Shown here piece by piece: positions 1 to 12,439 of a stretch of DNA of 64,000 nt; position 1 is the first letter of the stretch, and the number at the start of each line of letters is the position of its first letter. The position numbers and the translations under genes are program-made. A model generated the notes under the pieces. It was not told the origin of the DNA. It ran no database searches and saw only the letters and a list, made by a program, of their open reading frames with translations. Source of the stretch: Macrostomum lignano (lineage: Eukaryota); the NCBI GenBank assembly GCA_002269645.1, contig NIVC01000031.1:1178001-1242000 (forward strand). Direction: 5' to 3'.

Positions 1-245
1 TTTGAGGCTAATTGTACAGGTGTGTGAAAATATGGGTTGGTCGAAGTTTTATGATTATAGCTTTGAGGCTAATTGTACAGGTGTGTGAAGATATGGGGAG
101 GAGGAAGTTTTATGATTATAGCTTTGAGGCTAATTGTACAGGTGTGTGAAGATATGGGTTGGTCGAAGTTTTATGATTATAGCTTTGAGGCTAATTGTAC
201 AGGTGTGTGAAAATATGGGGAGGAGGAAGTTTTATGATTATAGCT
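1..245. repeat. 61-bp tandem repeat, 4 copies (truncated by window start)
   Basis: CTTTGAGGCTAATTGTACAGGTGTGTG... recurs at 61, 122 and 183. Two variants alternate (GGTTGGTCGAAG / GGAGGAGGAAG), giving a 122-bp dimer. Confidence 0.95.
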
Positions 246-428
246 GCGTTGCTAATTAAAGAGGTGGAGTTTAAGTTTTATTATCGCTCATTTGCTACAT
301 CTTGAGGTGTGAAAACTGGATTTAAAAAATTCTAATACTGTATGACTATTGAAATCAAATTCAATATGTTGATCATTAATAAATAATTTCATGTTTGCCT
401 ATACAATCATAAACCATAACAACCGACA

Positions 429-3182
429 ATGAGCTCGGCGGTCAGACAATCCAGCGCGCAAGCCTACCTTCAACACCATCGAGTTGGCGCCCTATTCGAA
501 GAATTAATGGCTAGTTTAATTCGCGATCAACCGCAGGAGCCCCTGCTTCATCTGATGCGTTCACTGCAGCGCAAGGCCTCTGATCGGGGACTTTTAAAAC
601 AGGGGTCGGAATTCAGCGCGTCTCCGGCCATGTCGGCGCCTCTCAGGCCGTCGACTGCGGCGCCGGCGAAATCGATGTCGGCTACTGTAGGCGTCGGCGC
701 TTCGAGCGGCACCAGATCCTATGATAAACCTTGGCTGACTACTAGTAGTAGCAAGCCTGGCGGCATGAGAAAGTCCAGCTCCGGCAATGTGGCCGCCTCT
801 ATGGCTGATTATAGCGCTTTTGAGGTGAGAGTCTATCTATGAGAATCGCCCCAAATCTACCTGTGAGAATCACCCCAAATCTACCTGTGAGAATCGCCCC
901 AACTCTACCTGTAAGAATCGCCCTAAATCTACTTGTGAGAATAGCTCCAAACCTACCTATGAGAATCGCCCCAAATCTACCTATTCAGCGACAGCGCCAT
1001 CAGCAGAAGCAGCCTCGCGCCTCCCTGACCCAGCCGGACCCGTTTAACTCAGCTACGGCTGGCAACAACTATTTATGGTCAGCCGGGGAGGCTGCCTCTG
1101 CGGCTGAAGCGCCGACAACGGCGACGGCAGTAGCCGAGGCGGAAGCTGATATTCTCGGATCGGAATTCCGTCTGGCTAGAGGAGCACCAGATGCGAACTC
1201 TGGCGCTGCTGACAAAGATCAGGGTTCCAGTGTCGGAGACACAGATGCTGTACTCTCTGCTAGAGGATCTCGGCATCGAAGTGCTATGGCTGCTAGACAA
1301 GCTGCTAGAGAAGCTCGAATGAGACAGTTAGCCGAGACTAGTACTACTGCTGCCGCTGCTGGCAAATCGACAGACTCAGCGATTGGTAGCGGAGCTGATG
1401 AGGACGACTTTGAAGCTGATGGAGTTCTGCTTATGGGTGCGCGTTTACTAATTGTGGTGTTTTTTCTCAGTCTGGTTTTATTCTTTCAAACTTTTTTTAG
1501 TTGTTGTTGCCGAGGCCTTAGCGTCTGTTGCTATATGTTGAAGTTCTGTTGCTAAAGCGTCTGGTTGCGTTTCTATGGATCGGGATACTGTTGCTAAGGG
1601 TGTAGCTTGCGTTGCTATGGTTCAGGATTCGTTGCTAAGGCTGTAGCTTGTGTTGCAATGTGTCGGGATTATGTTGCTAAGGGTGTAGCTAGCGTTGTCA
1701 TGGGTCGGGATACTGTTGCTAAGGATGTAGCTTGCGTTGTCATGGGTCGGGATACTGTTGCTAAGGGTGTAGCTTGCGTTGTCATGGGTCGGGATACTGT
1801 TGCTAAGGGTGTAGCTTGCGTTGTCATGGGTCGGGATACTGTTGCTAAGGATGTAGCTTGCGTTGTCATGGGTCGGGATACTGTTGCTAAGGATGTAGCT
1901 TGCGTTGTCATGGATCGGGATACTGTTGCTAAGGATGTAGCTTGCGTTGTCATGGGTCGGGATACTGTTGCTAAGGGTGTAGCTTGCGTTGTCATGGGTC
2001 GGGATACTGTTGCTAAGGGTGTAGCTTGCGTTGTCATGGGTCGGGATACTGTTGCTAAGGGTTTAGCTTGCGTTTTCATGGGTCAGGATACTGTTGCTAA
2101 GTATGTAGCTTGCGTTGTCATGGATCGGGATACTGTTGCTAAGGATGTAGCTTGCGTTGTCATGGGTCGGGATACTGTTGCTAAGGGTGTAGCTTGCGTT
2201 GTCATGGGTCGGGATACTGTTGCTAAGGGTGTAGCTTGCGTTGTCATGGGTCGGGATACTGTTGCTAAGGGTTTAGCTTGCGTTGTCATGGGTCGGGATA
2301 CTGTTGCTAAGGGTGTAGCTTGTGTTGCCATGATTTTGAATACTGTTGCTAAGAGTGTAGCTTGCGTTGCCATGATTTGGAATACTGTTGCTAAGAGTGT
2401 AGCTTACGTTGCTATGGATTGGGATTCTGTTGCTAAGGGTGTAGCTTGCTTTGCTATGGATTGGGATTCCGTTGCTAAGGGTGTAGCTTGCGTTGCCATA
2501 GATTGGGATTCTGTTGCTAAGACTAAGCTGGCTTCTGTTACAAATATACCCTGAACGTTGCAACTAAAAACCGCTGCAATCATTCAGAGGACGCCGACGC
2601 TCTGGCCGCCGAAGGCGTTCGCGTCTCCCGCCGCAGCGCCGGCGTGGGCAGAGCCGTGGCCACCAGCCGCCAGCGGGCCGGCACTGGCCAGCCTGATGGC
2701 CCCGAGCCGCAGGTTCGCATGACCTTCTGCGGCCGCTGCTTCGCCATGATCAACTCCGACGAGGAAGCCGCCGCCATGGCCGCTGTCACCTCGCGAACGG
2801 ACTCGGCTCGAGACGCTGGCGGCGTCGGCGGCGGTGTGGGCGGCGGATTTGGATTCCTTCCACCTTCTGGCGACAGCAGCGGCGAAGGCGACGCTTTTGC
2901 TGCGGATGGTCGCGAAGCTCGCGCCGACACGCTTGACGATGACTTGGAGCCGTGTAAGTGCCTGTCTGCCTGTCTGTCTGCCTGTCTGTCTGCCTGTCTG
3001 TCTGTCTGTCTGTCTGCCTGTATGTCTGCCTGTCTGCCTGTCTGTCTGCCTGTCTGCCTGTCTGTCTGCCTGCCTGCCTGTCTGTCTGTCTGTCTGTCTG
3101 CCTGTCTGTCTGTCTGTCTGCCTGTCTGTCTGTCTGTCTGCCTGTCTGTCTGTCTGCCTGTCTGTGTGTTTGTCTGTCTGTG

Positions 3183-3249
<67 letters not shown>

Positions 3250-3292
3250 GTGTGTCTGTCTTCCTGCCTGTCTGCCTGCCTGTCTGCCTGCC

Positions 3293-3329
<37 letters not shown>

Positions 3330-4930
3330 TTCTGTCTGTCTTCCTGTCTGTCTGCCTGTCTGTCTGCCTGTCTGTCTGTCTGTCTGTCTGTCTGCCTGCC
3401 TGCCTGTCTGCCTGCCTGTCTGTCTGTCTGCCTGTCTGTCTGTCTTTCTGTCTGTCTGCCCTTTTTAAAAAATCTGCATATAATATGTGTGTTATGTGAC
3501 ACCCCGACAGTCGCAGCTCCGAACACGGGCCGCACCAACGCTACGATGACGGAGGTGACGGATATTGAAAGCGCCTCCCAGGTCACCGGGCCTCGCAGGC
3601 CGTCTTGGGGCGGCGGCACCGGCCGTTCTGGCGCGTCTAAACAGAAGCGGTCGACTAGAGAGCATCGCGATTCGACCGGATCTGCCAGTTCTGTGAGTTA
3701 TGAAAGTTACGAAAGGGCTTCAGTTGCTAAAGGAAATGAAAATTTAAATTGCTATCAAACTCCGAGGGAATTGCTGTCAGATGTCAAAGCTCTGACGGGA
3801 ATTGCTGTCAGATGTCAAAGCTCCGAGGGAATTGCTGTCAGATGTCAAAGCTCCGAGGGGAATTGCTGTCAGATGTCAAAGCTCCGAGGGGAATTGCTGT
3901 CAGATGTCAAAGCTCCGACGGGAATTGCTGTCAGATGTCAAAGCTCCGAGGGGAATTGCTGTCAGATGTCAAATCTCCGAGGGGAATTGGTGTCAGATGT
4001 CAAAGCTCCGAGGGAATCACTGTCAGATGTCAAATCTCCGAGGGGAATCGCTGTCAGATGTCAAATCTCCGAGGGGAATTGGTGTCAGATGTCAAAGCTC
4101 CGAGGGGAATTGCTGTCAGATGTCAAAGCTTTGAGGGAATTGCTGTCAGATGTCAAAGCTCCGAGGGGAATTGCTGTCAGATGTCACAGCTCCGAGGGGA
4201 ATCGCTGTCGGATGTCGAAGCTCCGAGGGGAATTGCTGTCAGATGTCAAAGCTCCGACGGGAATTGCTGTCAGATGTCAAATCTCCGAGGGGAATTGGTG
4301 TCAGATGTCAAAGCTCCGACGGGAGCTGTCAGATGTCAAATCTCCGACTCTCCGACGGGAATTGCTGTCAGATGTCAAATCTCCGAGGGGAATTGGTGTC
4401 AGATGTCAAAGCTCCGAGGGGAATTGCTGTCAGATGTCAAAGCTCAGAGGGGAATTGCTGTCAGATTTCAAAGCTCCGAGGGGAATTGCTGTCAGATGTC
4501 AAAGCCCCGAGGGGAATTGCTGTCAGATGTCAAAGCTCCGAGGGGAATTGGTGTCAGATGTCAAAGCTCCGAGGGGAATTGCTGTCAGATGTCAAAGCTC
4601 CGAGGGGAATTGCTGTCAGATGTCACAGCTCCGAGGGGAATCACTGTCAGAGGTCAAACAAAGCTGAAAGGGAAAGTGCTGATCAGACATTAACTGAGCC
4701 ATCCTTATTTTGCTCCATCAATTCCCTTCCGTTAGAATCGGGGCGTCCCGGCTTCTAGAGGAGGATTCGATGCAGTTGCTGGCGTGGCATCCGTGGACCA
4801 GCCGGTCAGTCTGGGTCAGGGCAGTCGAGGCGGTTGGGGCGCCGCTGCAGCCGCTGCAGCCGAGGCCGACCTGAGCGATCAGGAGACCGAACGGGATCGA
4901 CATTTGCAGCAGGATGTGCGGCAGTATTGA
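429..4930 (+). CDS. C8orf34: C8orf34-like protein, 5 exons, ~528 aa
   Basis: Exons 429-824, 989-1436, 2588-2953, 3511-3692 (alternative in-frame acceptor gives 3517), 4736-4930; all GT-AG; total 1587 nt. N-terminus QAYLQHHRVGALFEELMASLIRDQPQEPL resembles the RIIa-like docking domain of human C8orf34 ([21 protein letters not shown]). Spliced LLMEDADALAAEGV and EPQVRMTFCGRC match LLEDLNDLRMEGV and EPQAKVTLNICSRC (recalled sequence). Confidence 0.85.
841..982 (+). repeat. 24-bp minisatellite (GAGAATCGCCCCAAATCTACCTGT) x~6 in C8orf34 intron 1
   Basis: Direct inspection; fills almost the whole 164-bp intron. Confidence 0.9.
1550..2525 (+). repeat. 42-bp minisatellite x~23 in C8orf34 intron 2
   Basis: Unit GTTGCTAAGGGTGTAGCTTGCGTTGTCATGGGTCGGGATACT; explains ORF 1607..2554 (14-aa repeat). 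Confidence 0.95.
2960..3460 (+). repeat. (CTGT/CTGC)n tetranucleotide array in C8orf34 intron 3
   Basis: Direct inspection. Confidence 0.95.
3770..4650 (+). repeat. ~31-bp minisatellite x~28 in C8orf34 intron 4
   Basis: Unit GAGGGGAATTGCTGTCAGATGTCAAAGCTCC. Confidence 0.95.
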
Positions 4931-5179
4931 ACTGCTTAGCAAAATAGCAATTATGCGAACGACTCTGTTGTGAATTAATGTGTTACTGACATTTATCAAG
5001 GACCTTTTTTACCGTCCATTTTAACATTTTAATTGTCTTAAAAATAGAATTACGTTTTACGTTCAGTTTGATATTGATCTTAATTAGCTTCTGTCACTAT
5101 ACCAGTAAAAGTTATAATATCAAATCAACAATAGTAGTAACAACAACATCAACAACAACAAAATGGCAAAAAACAACAT

Positions 5180-5650
5180 CGACAACAACAAAATGAAAAA
5201 ACAACATCAACTATACAGAATGACGAAAACCACAACAAAATGGCAAAAAACAACATCAACTATACAGAATGACGAAAACCACAACAAAATGGCAAAAAAC
5301 AACATCAACTATACAGAATGACGAAAACCACAACAAAATGGCAAAAAACAACATCAACTATACAGAATGACGAAAACCACAACAAAATGGCAAAAAACAA
5401 CATCAACTATACAGAATGACGAAAACCACAACAAAATGGCAAAAAACAACATCAACTATACAGAATGACGAAAACCACAACAAAATGGCAAAAAAACAAC
5501 ATCAACTATACAGAATGACGAAAACCACAACAAAATGGCAAAAAAACAACATCAACTATACAGAATGACGAAAACCACAACAAAATGGCAAAAAACAACA
5601 TCAACTATACAGAATGACGAAAACCACAACAAAATGGCAAAAAACAACAT
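5180..5650. repeat. 49-bp tandem repeat x~9, intergenic
   Basis: Unit CAACATCAACTATACAGAATGACGAAAACCACAACAAAATGGCAAAAAA. Confidence 0.95.
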
Positions 5651-6625
5651 CAACAACAAAACCGCAACAAGATCAACAAGAATGTCAACAACAAACGTTT
5701 TTTGGGAAATTCTCCCCGCCCTGTTGCTCCCCGTCTGTCTTCATCCAAAAGGCTATGGCTACTTCTACTGTATATAAAATAGCTGCGTTTTTATCTTTTG
5801 ATTTCTTTTGACAAATTTTACTAATTGTTGTTATTTTGTTATATTTTTGGCATCGATTAAAAAGGCGGCTGGACCTCCTAAAAGTTTATACTTGTTTCGG
5901 TTATTCTTGGCTGTGCGTCTATAATTGCGTGTCTTTATTGCACAGGATTTTATTTTATGTCTATATTAGACTTTCTGATTAGGCTAACTATAAATGAAAA
6001 ATTTATTTATAACACAATATGTCAATTTAAAAATATTTTCCTCTATCTGGTTATGTATTTAGCAATGTGACACAATTCCGTTATTAATTATATTTTTAAC
6101 TTAAGCAACAAGTCTTTCCTTTTTATTTAATTCTAGAAAAGTTTTCTATTTCTAGGCCTTTGACCTTCAGTTCTTAATTACAGTAGATAAGTTTTTGGCG
6201 GTTACGTAAGTCAGAGCGGCAGTTGACCTTCTAATAACCAATTGAGATTATTGTTATTACATGACTGCTTTATCTATGGTTAATTATACTACTAAATGCA
6301 AATTATACTATTGACAAGAAATATGTAGAAAAGTAGAATTAAAAGTAGGCAGTGTACATTCATAACAGTAGATATTGACATTCGCCTTTCTACGTCTATA
6401 TTTCTTGTCAGTAGTATAGTGAAAGTAGTATAATTTGCGTTTAGTAATCTGTGATGTGAATACTGTGTCTGTTTACTTCTCAGCAAATTTTTCTGTGGGT
6501 CAGAGAAGAGAGACTCAAAAGTTGACCTATAAATAACTAGGTAATTATTTAATTAAACCTCAATTCATGTGTTTATATAAAGCAAAGCTTACTGGCAATT
6601 TGCAAAGAATAAATTTTATCAAGTC

Positions 6626-9487
6626 ATGTCAAAAAGCGGTCAAATGCACTGGTCTGGGCATGACAGTATTGGCAAATGCCTGCAAGACGCCATCAGCCCG
6701 TGGGAGCCAGCATTTATGCGACTGCAAACTCTGCTGATATTCCGTGATGGAACTAAATCAATAGCATTCTATGTTGCTATTCATGTCACCTTTGTCTATT
6801 GCTACCTGTGCAATCATGGCACTCTGACTATTCTAAGTTTTCTACTACTACTACTGGTGATAGCCGATATGTGGAAAACTTATATTTGGAAGGAGATTAA
6901 AGGTGAGTTTAGATTTAACCTGTGTGTACTTTTAGTGTGTAGGATTTCTTAAACCGACTATAGGACACTTAATTAGAAGCTAAAATATACTTGTTGACTC
7001 AATATGGTATCAGTAGTATCTGATATGGCATCAGTAGTATCTGATATGGCATCAGTAGTATCTGATATGGCATCAGTAGTATCTGATATGGCATCAGTAG
7101 TATCTTATATGGCATCAGTAGTATCTGATGTAGCATCAGTAGTATCTGATGTAGCATCAGTAGTATCTGATGTAGCATCAGTAGTATCTGATGTGGCATC
7201 AGTAGTATCTGATATGGCATCAGTAGCATCTGATATGGCATCAGTAGTATCTGATATAGCATCAGTAGTATCTGATATAGCATCAGTAGTATCTGATATG
7301 GCATCAGTAGCATCTGATATGGCATCAGTAGCATCTGATATGGCATCAGTAGTATCTGATATGGCACGAGTAGGATCTGATGTGGCATCAGTAGTATCAA
7401 TATGACATCAGTAGTGTTAGTGGCCTAAGAATGCAAATTAAAATGGACTAATATCTGCGTCATATTTTTCTATACATATCGGCATACATTTAAAAAGCCA
7501 CCCGTTATACGCCTCATAGTTCCCGAAGAATTCGATCGCGAAGACGACTGGGTCCCAGTTGAGGCTCATCTTGCCTCCATCCAGGATGTAGCGCAATGGG
7601 TTGACGAACGAGTTCGCAGACTATTCGCCCTCGTCGCTTGGGCTCGTCGGCAGCGTCGAAATCGTCGACTGAGGTTTTTTCTAACCACCTCCGCAACCTC
7701 AGCTTTGATTGCCTATTTGGGAACCTTCTTTCACGGCTGGCTGTTGGGCTACGTGGCAATGATGTCCCTGCTGCTCTATCCGCCTTATAAAGTCTATCGT
7801 TGGCCGCAGGTTGTTCTGCCATATCTGCAACAGTTAAATGCTTATCTGGCTGAGCACGGCAAGCTGGAAGACGATGCTGTTGTGCTCAGAGAGGAGACTC
7901 AGTTTATTGATAGGCCATCGTCTATCAGGTGAGACAGTTGTCTTTTTAATCAACGTCAGTAGTTCGGTTATATTCTGTGAATATTTTGTGTAAACAGATC
8001 TGAGAATCACCCCATAGACAAAGCATGAGAATCGCCCCATAGACAAACCATGAGAATCGCCCCATAGACAAACCATGAGAATCGCCCATAAACAAACCAT
8101 GAGAATCATCCATAGACAAACCATGAGAAACGCCTCATCGACAAACCATGAGAATTACGCTTCATTGACAAACCATGAGAATCACCCCATAGACAAAGCA
8201 TGAGAATCGCCCCATAGACAAACCATGAGAATCGCCCCATAGACAAAGCATGAGAATCGCCCATTGACAAAGCATGAGAATCACCCCATAGAAAAACCAT
8301 GAGAATCGCCCATAGACATAGCATGAGAATCACCCCATAGACAAACCATGAGAATCGCCCATAGACAAAGCATGAGAATCACCCCATAGAAAAACCATGA
8401 GAATCGCCCATAGACATACCATGAGAATCACCCCATAGACAAACCATGAGAATCGCCCATAGACAAAGCATGAGAATCACCCCATAGACAAAGCATGAGA
8501 ATCGCCCCATAGACAAACCATGAGAATCGCCCATAGACAAAGCATGAGAATCACCCCATAGACAAAGCATGAGAATCGCCCCATAGACAAACCATGAGAA
8601 TCACCCCATAGACAAACCATGAGAATCACCCATAGACAAAGCATGAGAATCACCCCATAGACAAAGCATGAGAATCGCCCCATAGACAAAGCATGAGAAT
8701 CACCCCATAGACAAACCATGAGAATCGCCCATAGACAAACCATGAGAAACGCCTCATCGACAAACCATGAGAATTACGCTTCATTGACAAACCATGAGAA
8801 TCACCCCATAGACAAACCATGAGAATCGCCCATAGGCCATAGATAAACCATGAGAATCGGCCCATAGGACATAGACCATGAGAATCAACCCATAGGCCAT
8901 AGACAAACATTGAGAATCGGCCCATAGGCCATAGACAAACCATGAGAATCGCCCCATAGACAAACATTGAGAATCGGCCTATAGGCCATAGACAAACCAG
9001 GAGAATCGGCCCATAGACAAACCATGAGAATCACCCCATAGACAAACCATGAGAATCACTCCATAGACGAACCATGAGAATCACTCCATAGACAAAGGAT
9101 GAGAATCGCCCCATAGACAAACCATGAGAATCGCCCCATAGACAAACCATGAGAATCGCTTCATGGACCTGAGATTGGCTCTAAAAACTAACACACGGGT
9201 GACTATTATTTTTATATAATCTTGCTCTTCTCTTTATCAGAGCCGCAGTCGAGCGCCAGATTACCCAGGAGAGCAGCGAAGAAGAAGAGGACGAGCTGCG
9301 GGCATTTCTACCCGTCGCGCCGCCGACGTCGGCCTCAGGCGACGGTGGTAGCCGCAGTCGGCAGAATCGGCAACAGCAGCAGTTTGCTGACGCTTCGGCT
9401 AATCTGGCAGCCGCGGCCGCCGTTTCGTTTCTCCGCTATCGCGGAGATCGAATCGCTGATGCTAATGAAGATCCGGAATCTAGCTAA
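6626..9487 (+). CDS. Reticulophagy regulator (RETREG/FAM134 family), reticulon-homology protein, 3 exons, ~310 aa
   Basis: Exons 6626-6902, 7520-7928, 9241-9487 (933 nt, GT-AG). Spliced IADMWKTYIWKEIK|VPEEFDREDDW resembles FAM134C CIDQWKNKIWPEIKVP..DNESW. The second hydrophobic hairpin IAYLGTFFHGWLLGYVAMMSLLLYP and SSEEEEDELRAFLP match family motifs. The RETREG1/2/3 subtype cannot be assigned. Confidence 0.8.
7000..7415 (+). repeat. 21-bp minisatellite x~19 in RETREG intron 1
   Basis: Unit GCATCAGTAGTATCTGATATG. Confidence 0.95.
8001..9165 (+). repeat. ~25-bp minisatellite (CATAGACAAACCATGAGAATCGCCC) in RETREG intron 2; left arm of an inverted pair
   Basis: Direct inspection; its reverse complement occupies 9545-10150. 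Confidence 0.95.
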
Positions 9488-9544
9488 ACTGTTTTCAGCT
9501 GTGATAGATAGGGTCAATTCTAAACTGCAGCTGGACTTGATCTC

Positions 9545-10150
9545 TGGTTTGTCTATGGGGCGATTCTCATGGTTTGTCTGTGGGCGATTCTCATGGTTTG
9601 TCTATGGGTGATTCTCATGGTTTGTATGTGGGTGATTCTCATGGTTTGTATGTGGGGCGATTAATTCTCATGGTTTGTCTATGGGGCGATTCTCATGGTT
9701 TGTCTATGAAGCGATTCTCTTGGTCTATGGGGCGATTCTCATGGTTTGTCTATGGGGACGATTCTCATGGTTTGTCTATGGGGCGATTCTCATGCTTTGT
9801 CTATGGGGCGATTCTCATGGTTTGTCTATGGGCGATTCTCATGATGGTTTGTGTTTGGGGCGATTCTCATGGTTTGTCTACGGGGCGATTCTCATGATTT
9901 GTCTATGGGGCGATTCTCATCGTTCGCCTATGTGGCGATTCTCATGGTTGTCTGTAGGCCGATTCTCATGGTTTGTCAATGAAGCGATTTTCTTCGTTTG
10001 TCTATCAGGCCGATTCTCATGGTTTGTCAATGAAGCGTAATTCTCATGGTTTGTCGATGAGGCGTAATTCTCATGGTTTGTCAATGAAGCGTAATTCTCA
10101 TGGTTTGTCGATGAGGCGTTTCTCATGGTTTTTCTATGGATGATTCTCAA
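9545..10150 (-). repeat. Same ~25-bp minisatellite in inverted orientation, downstream of the RETREG stop; right arm
   Basis: Unit reads ATGGTTTGTCTATGGGGCGATTCTC on +. Rare variant units at 10067-10149 are the reverse complement of 8101-8180. Confidence 0.95.
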
Positions 10151-11714
10151 GTCTGTCTATAGAGTTATTCTTGATTAGTTCTGTGTATGGAGATTTCAAG
10201 AATCTGCAGGTCTCTCCAGTGGCGCTTCTCGTTTTGGTCACTTTCTTTGATCAGTCTGTTTGTAGGACGTTTTTATTCGATTCATTTAGTGACAGTTAAA
10301 TATTCTGCAATACCGTGTAAGTGTAATAGCATATTTAACCTAAACTGTCGTTTATTACTTACAGTAGTTGTAATTTCTTTATTTACAGAATCTATCAGAA
10401 GTTTCAGCTAATAGTTTGCAAATCTTTAAATTTGTATTTACGTTAGTAACTGTACTCACTCTTAGAATTACTATTTCAGACAGTATTTTAGGCTTTTAAA
10501 ACAGAACGCAGATAATTTAAAAAAAATTAGCGAATAAAAACTCAATCGAAAAAATCGGATAAAACGCCATCGCTGTACTCGAAGTAGACTGGCAATTAGG
10601 AGAGTAAAATTATAAGTGAAAAACGAAAAATAATGCTCTTTCTTATATATTCTAAATCAATGTTATGCGACGTTAAAGTATATAGGTAAATATTCGATCG
10701 GTTCGCACTTTTTTCTTATTATTTATGCCTTTTTATCATTTATCGATACGAGCTACTCCTAATTCACAGTTTATTAATTTGGTTTTTGGAAGTTTTTTAG
10801 TTGGATGGCGCTTTATCACTATCAGTAGATCTCATTGTAAATAGTGATATTTTTTTCAATTTTATCCCAGAAATATCTGTATATTAATTATTAAGTTGTT
10901 TCCTAATGTTTTTCTTATGTATATTGATTAAATCTTAAAACGCCGATATGTAGCGTAGTTTGTTTTTCAAAGCGCAATCTAACACGCGGAAAAAGGTTAA
11001 AATATAAAAGGGTCTTTTTTAGAAACAAAGTTAAGCATAAATTATTTGTTTGGAATGTTTTATTTGCAGTTTTTTGTATATTAGAACTAGTTTTTATTTT
11101 TCTTAAAAACCTGTACATATCCTTGTGCGCTTTCAATTACCTTTACGTAGCCCATTGTATAAACTAATTGTTTAACAATAGTTATTTTTACTAGTATTTG
11201 GCTTGCGTGTCTATTTAAAGTAGCCAATTTAACTTTATAGCTGATTATATTAATTATGGATGCCTTCTATAAGTAACCTACTCGTTTGTAGATATAATCG
11301 ATTTTTTCGTTTTATGGCCACTACCATACTACTTGCAACCTACTAGATCAGTAGTAAGTTCGGTAAAGCACTTCTAAGACCTACAATTTTGTAGAAATTT
11401 TTTGATTATCACCTCAATTTGTTCTTAATTTCATAGTTTTTTTTAACTTAATAGGGTTTTGAATCTGAATGTCTATATCGGAGCTGCTGTTGTTACAGTT
11501 GGATTGTAACTTAACCCCTGCATAGCCATTAGCATATGTCCGTTTCTGTTGTACTTTCGAGTAAGTTTAATCCGATAAATATACTGCTTCGCGTCCTGCA
11601 TCGACATATATATCTATCGCACGTATTCAAATGTGGCTACTTAGTGCTGTATTTTTTCTGCTAGCCTAGTAGATAGTAATTCTCTGACTCCAAAATCCTC
11701 AGTCGGCTTCATCA

Positions 11715-12400
11715 GTCCCAGTATCTGGCTACGTTAATGTCAGTCCCATTAGTCCCAGCTCCATCAATGCCAGCTCCATCAATGCCAGCTCCATCAGTCC
11801 CAGCTTCATTAATCCCAGCTTCATCAATCCCAGCTCCATCAATGCCAGATCCATCAATCCCAGCTCCATCAATGCCAGATCCATGAATCCCAGCTTCATC
11901 AATCCCAGCTTCATCAATCCCAGCTCCATCAATGCCAGATCCATGAATCCCAGCTTCATCAATCCCAGCTTTATTAATTACAGCTCCACCAATCCCAGCT
12001 CCATCAGTCACAGCCCCACCAATCTCAGCTCCATCAGTACCAGCTCCATCAATCCCAGCTCCATCAATCCCAGCTCCATCAATCCCAGCTCCATCAATCC
12101 CAGCTCCATTAGTCCCAGCTCCATCAGTCCCAGCTCCATCAGTCACAGCCCCACCAATCCCAGCTCCATCAGTACCAGCTCCATCAATCCCAGCTCCATC
12201 AGTCCCAGCTTCATCAATCCCAGCTCCATCAGTACCAGCTCCATCAATGCCAGCTCCATCAGTACCAGCTCCATCAATCCCAGCTCCATCAATCCCAGCT
12301 TCATCAATCCCAGCCCCATCAGTCCCAGCTCCATCAATTCCAGCCCCATCAATCCCAGCCCCATCAATCCCAGCTCCATCAATTCCAGCCCCATCAATCC
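11715..12400 (+). repeat. 15-bp minisatellite (CCCAGCTCCATCAAT) running up to the SDR copy A leader
   Basis: Direct inspection; a homologous array precedes copy B. Confidence 0.95.
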
Positions 12401-12439
12401 CATGGCAATCAAGCTGCTCACCTCCCCGCTCCTGCCGCC

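Noticed and set aside
1607-4758. Repeat-protein ORFs inside the C8orf34 locus
   Set aside because: They lie within GT-AG introns needed for the coherent C8orf34 model.
10165-10300. Possible extra RETREG exon encoding a LIR-like YGDFKNL
   Set aside because: No phase-compatible donor found upstream of the stop at 9485; the motif is too short to trust.
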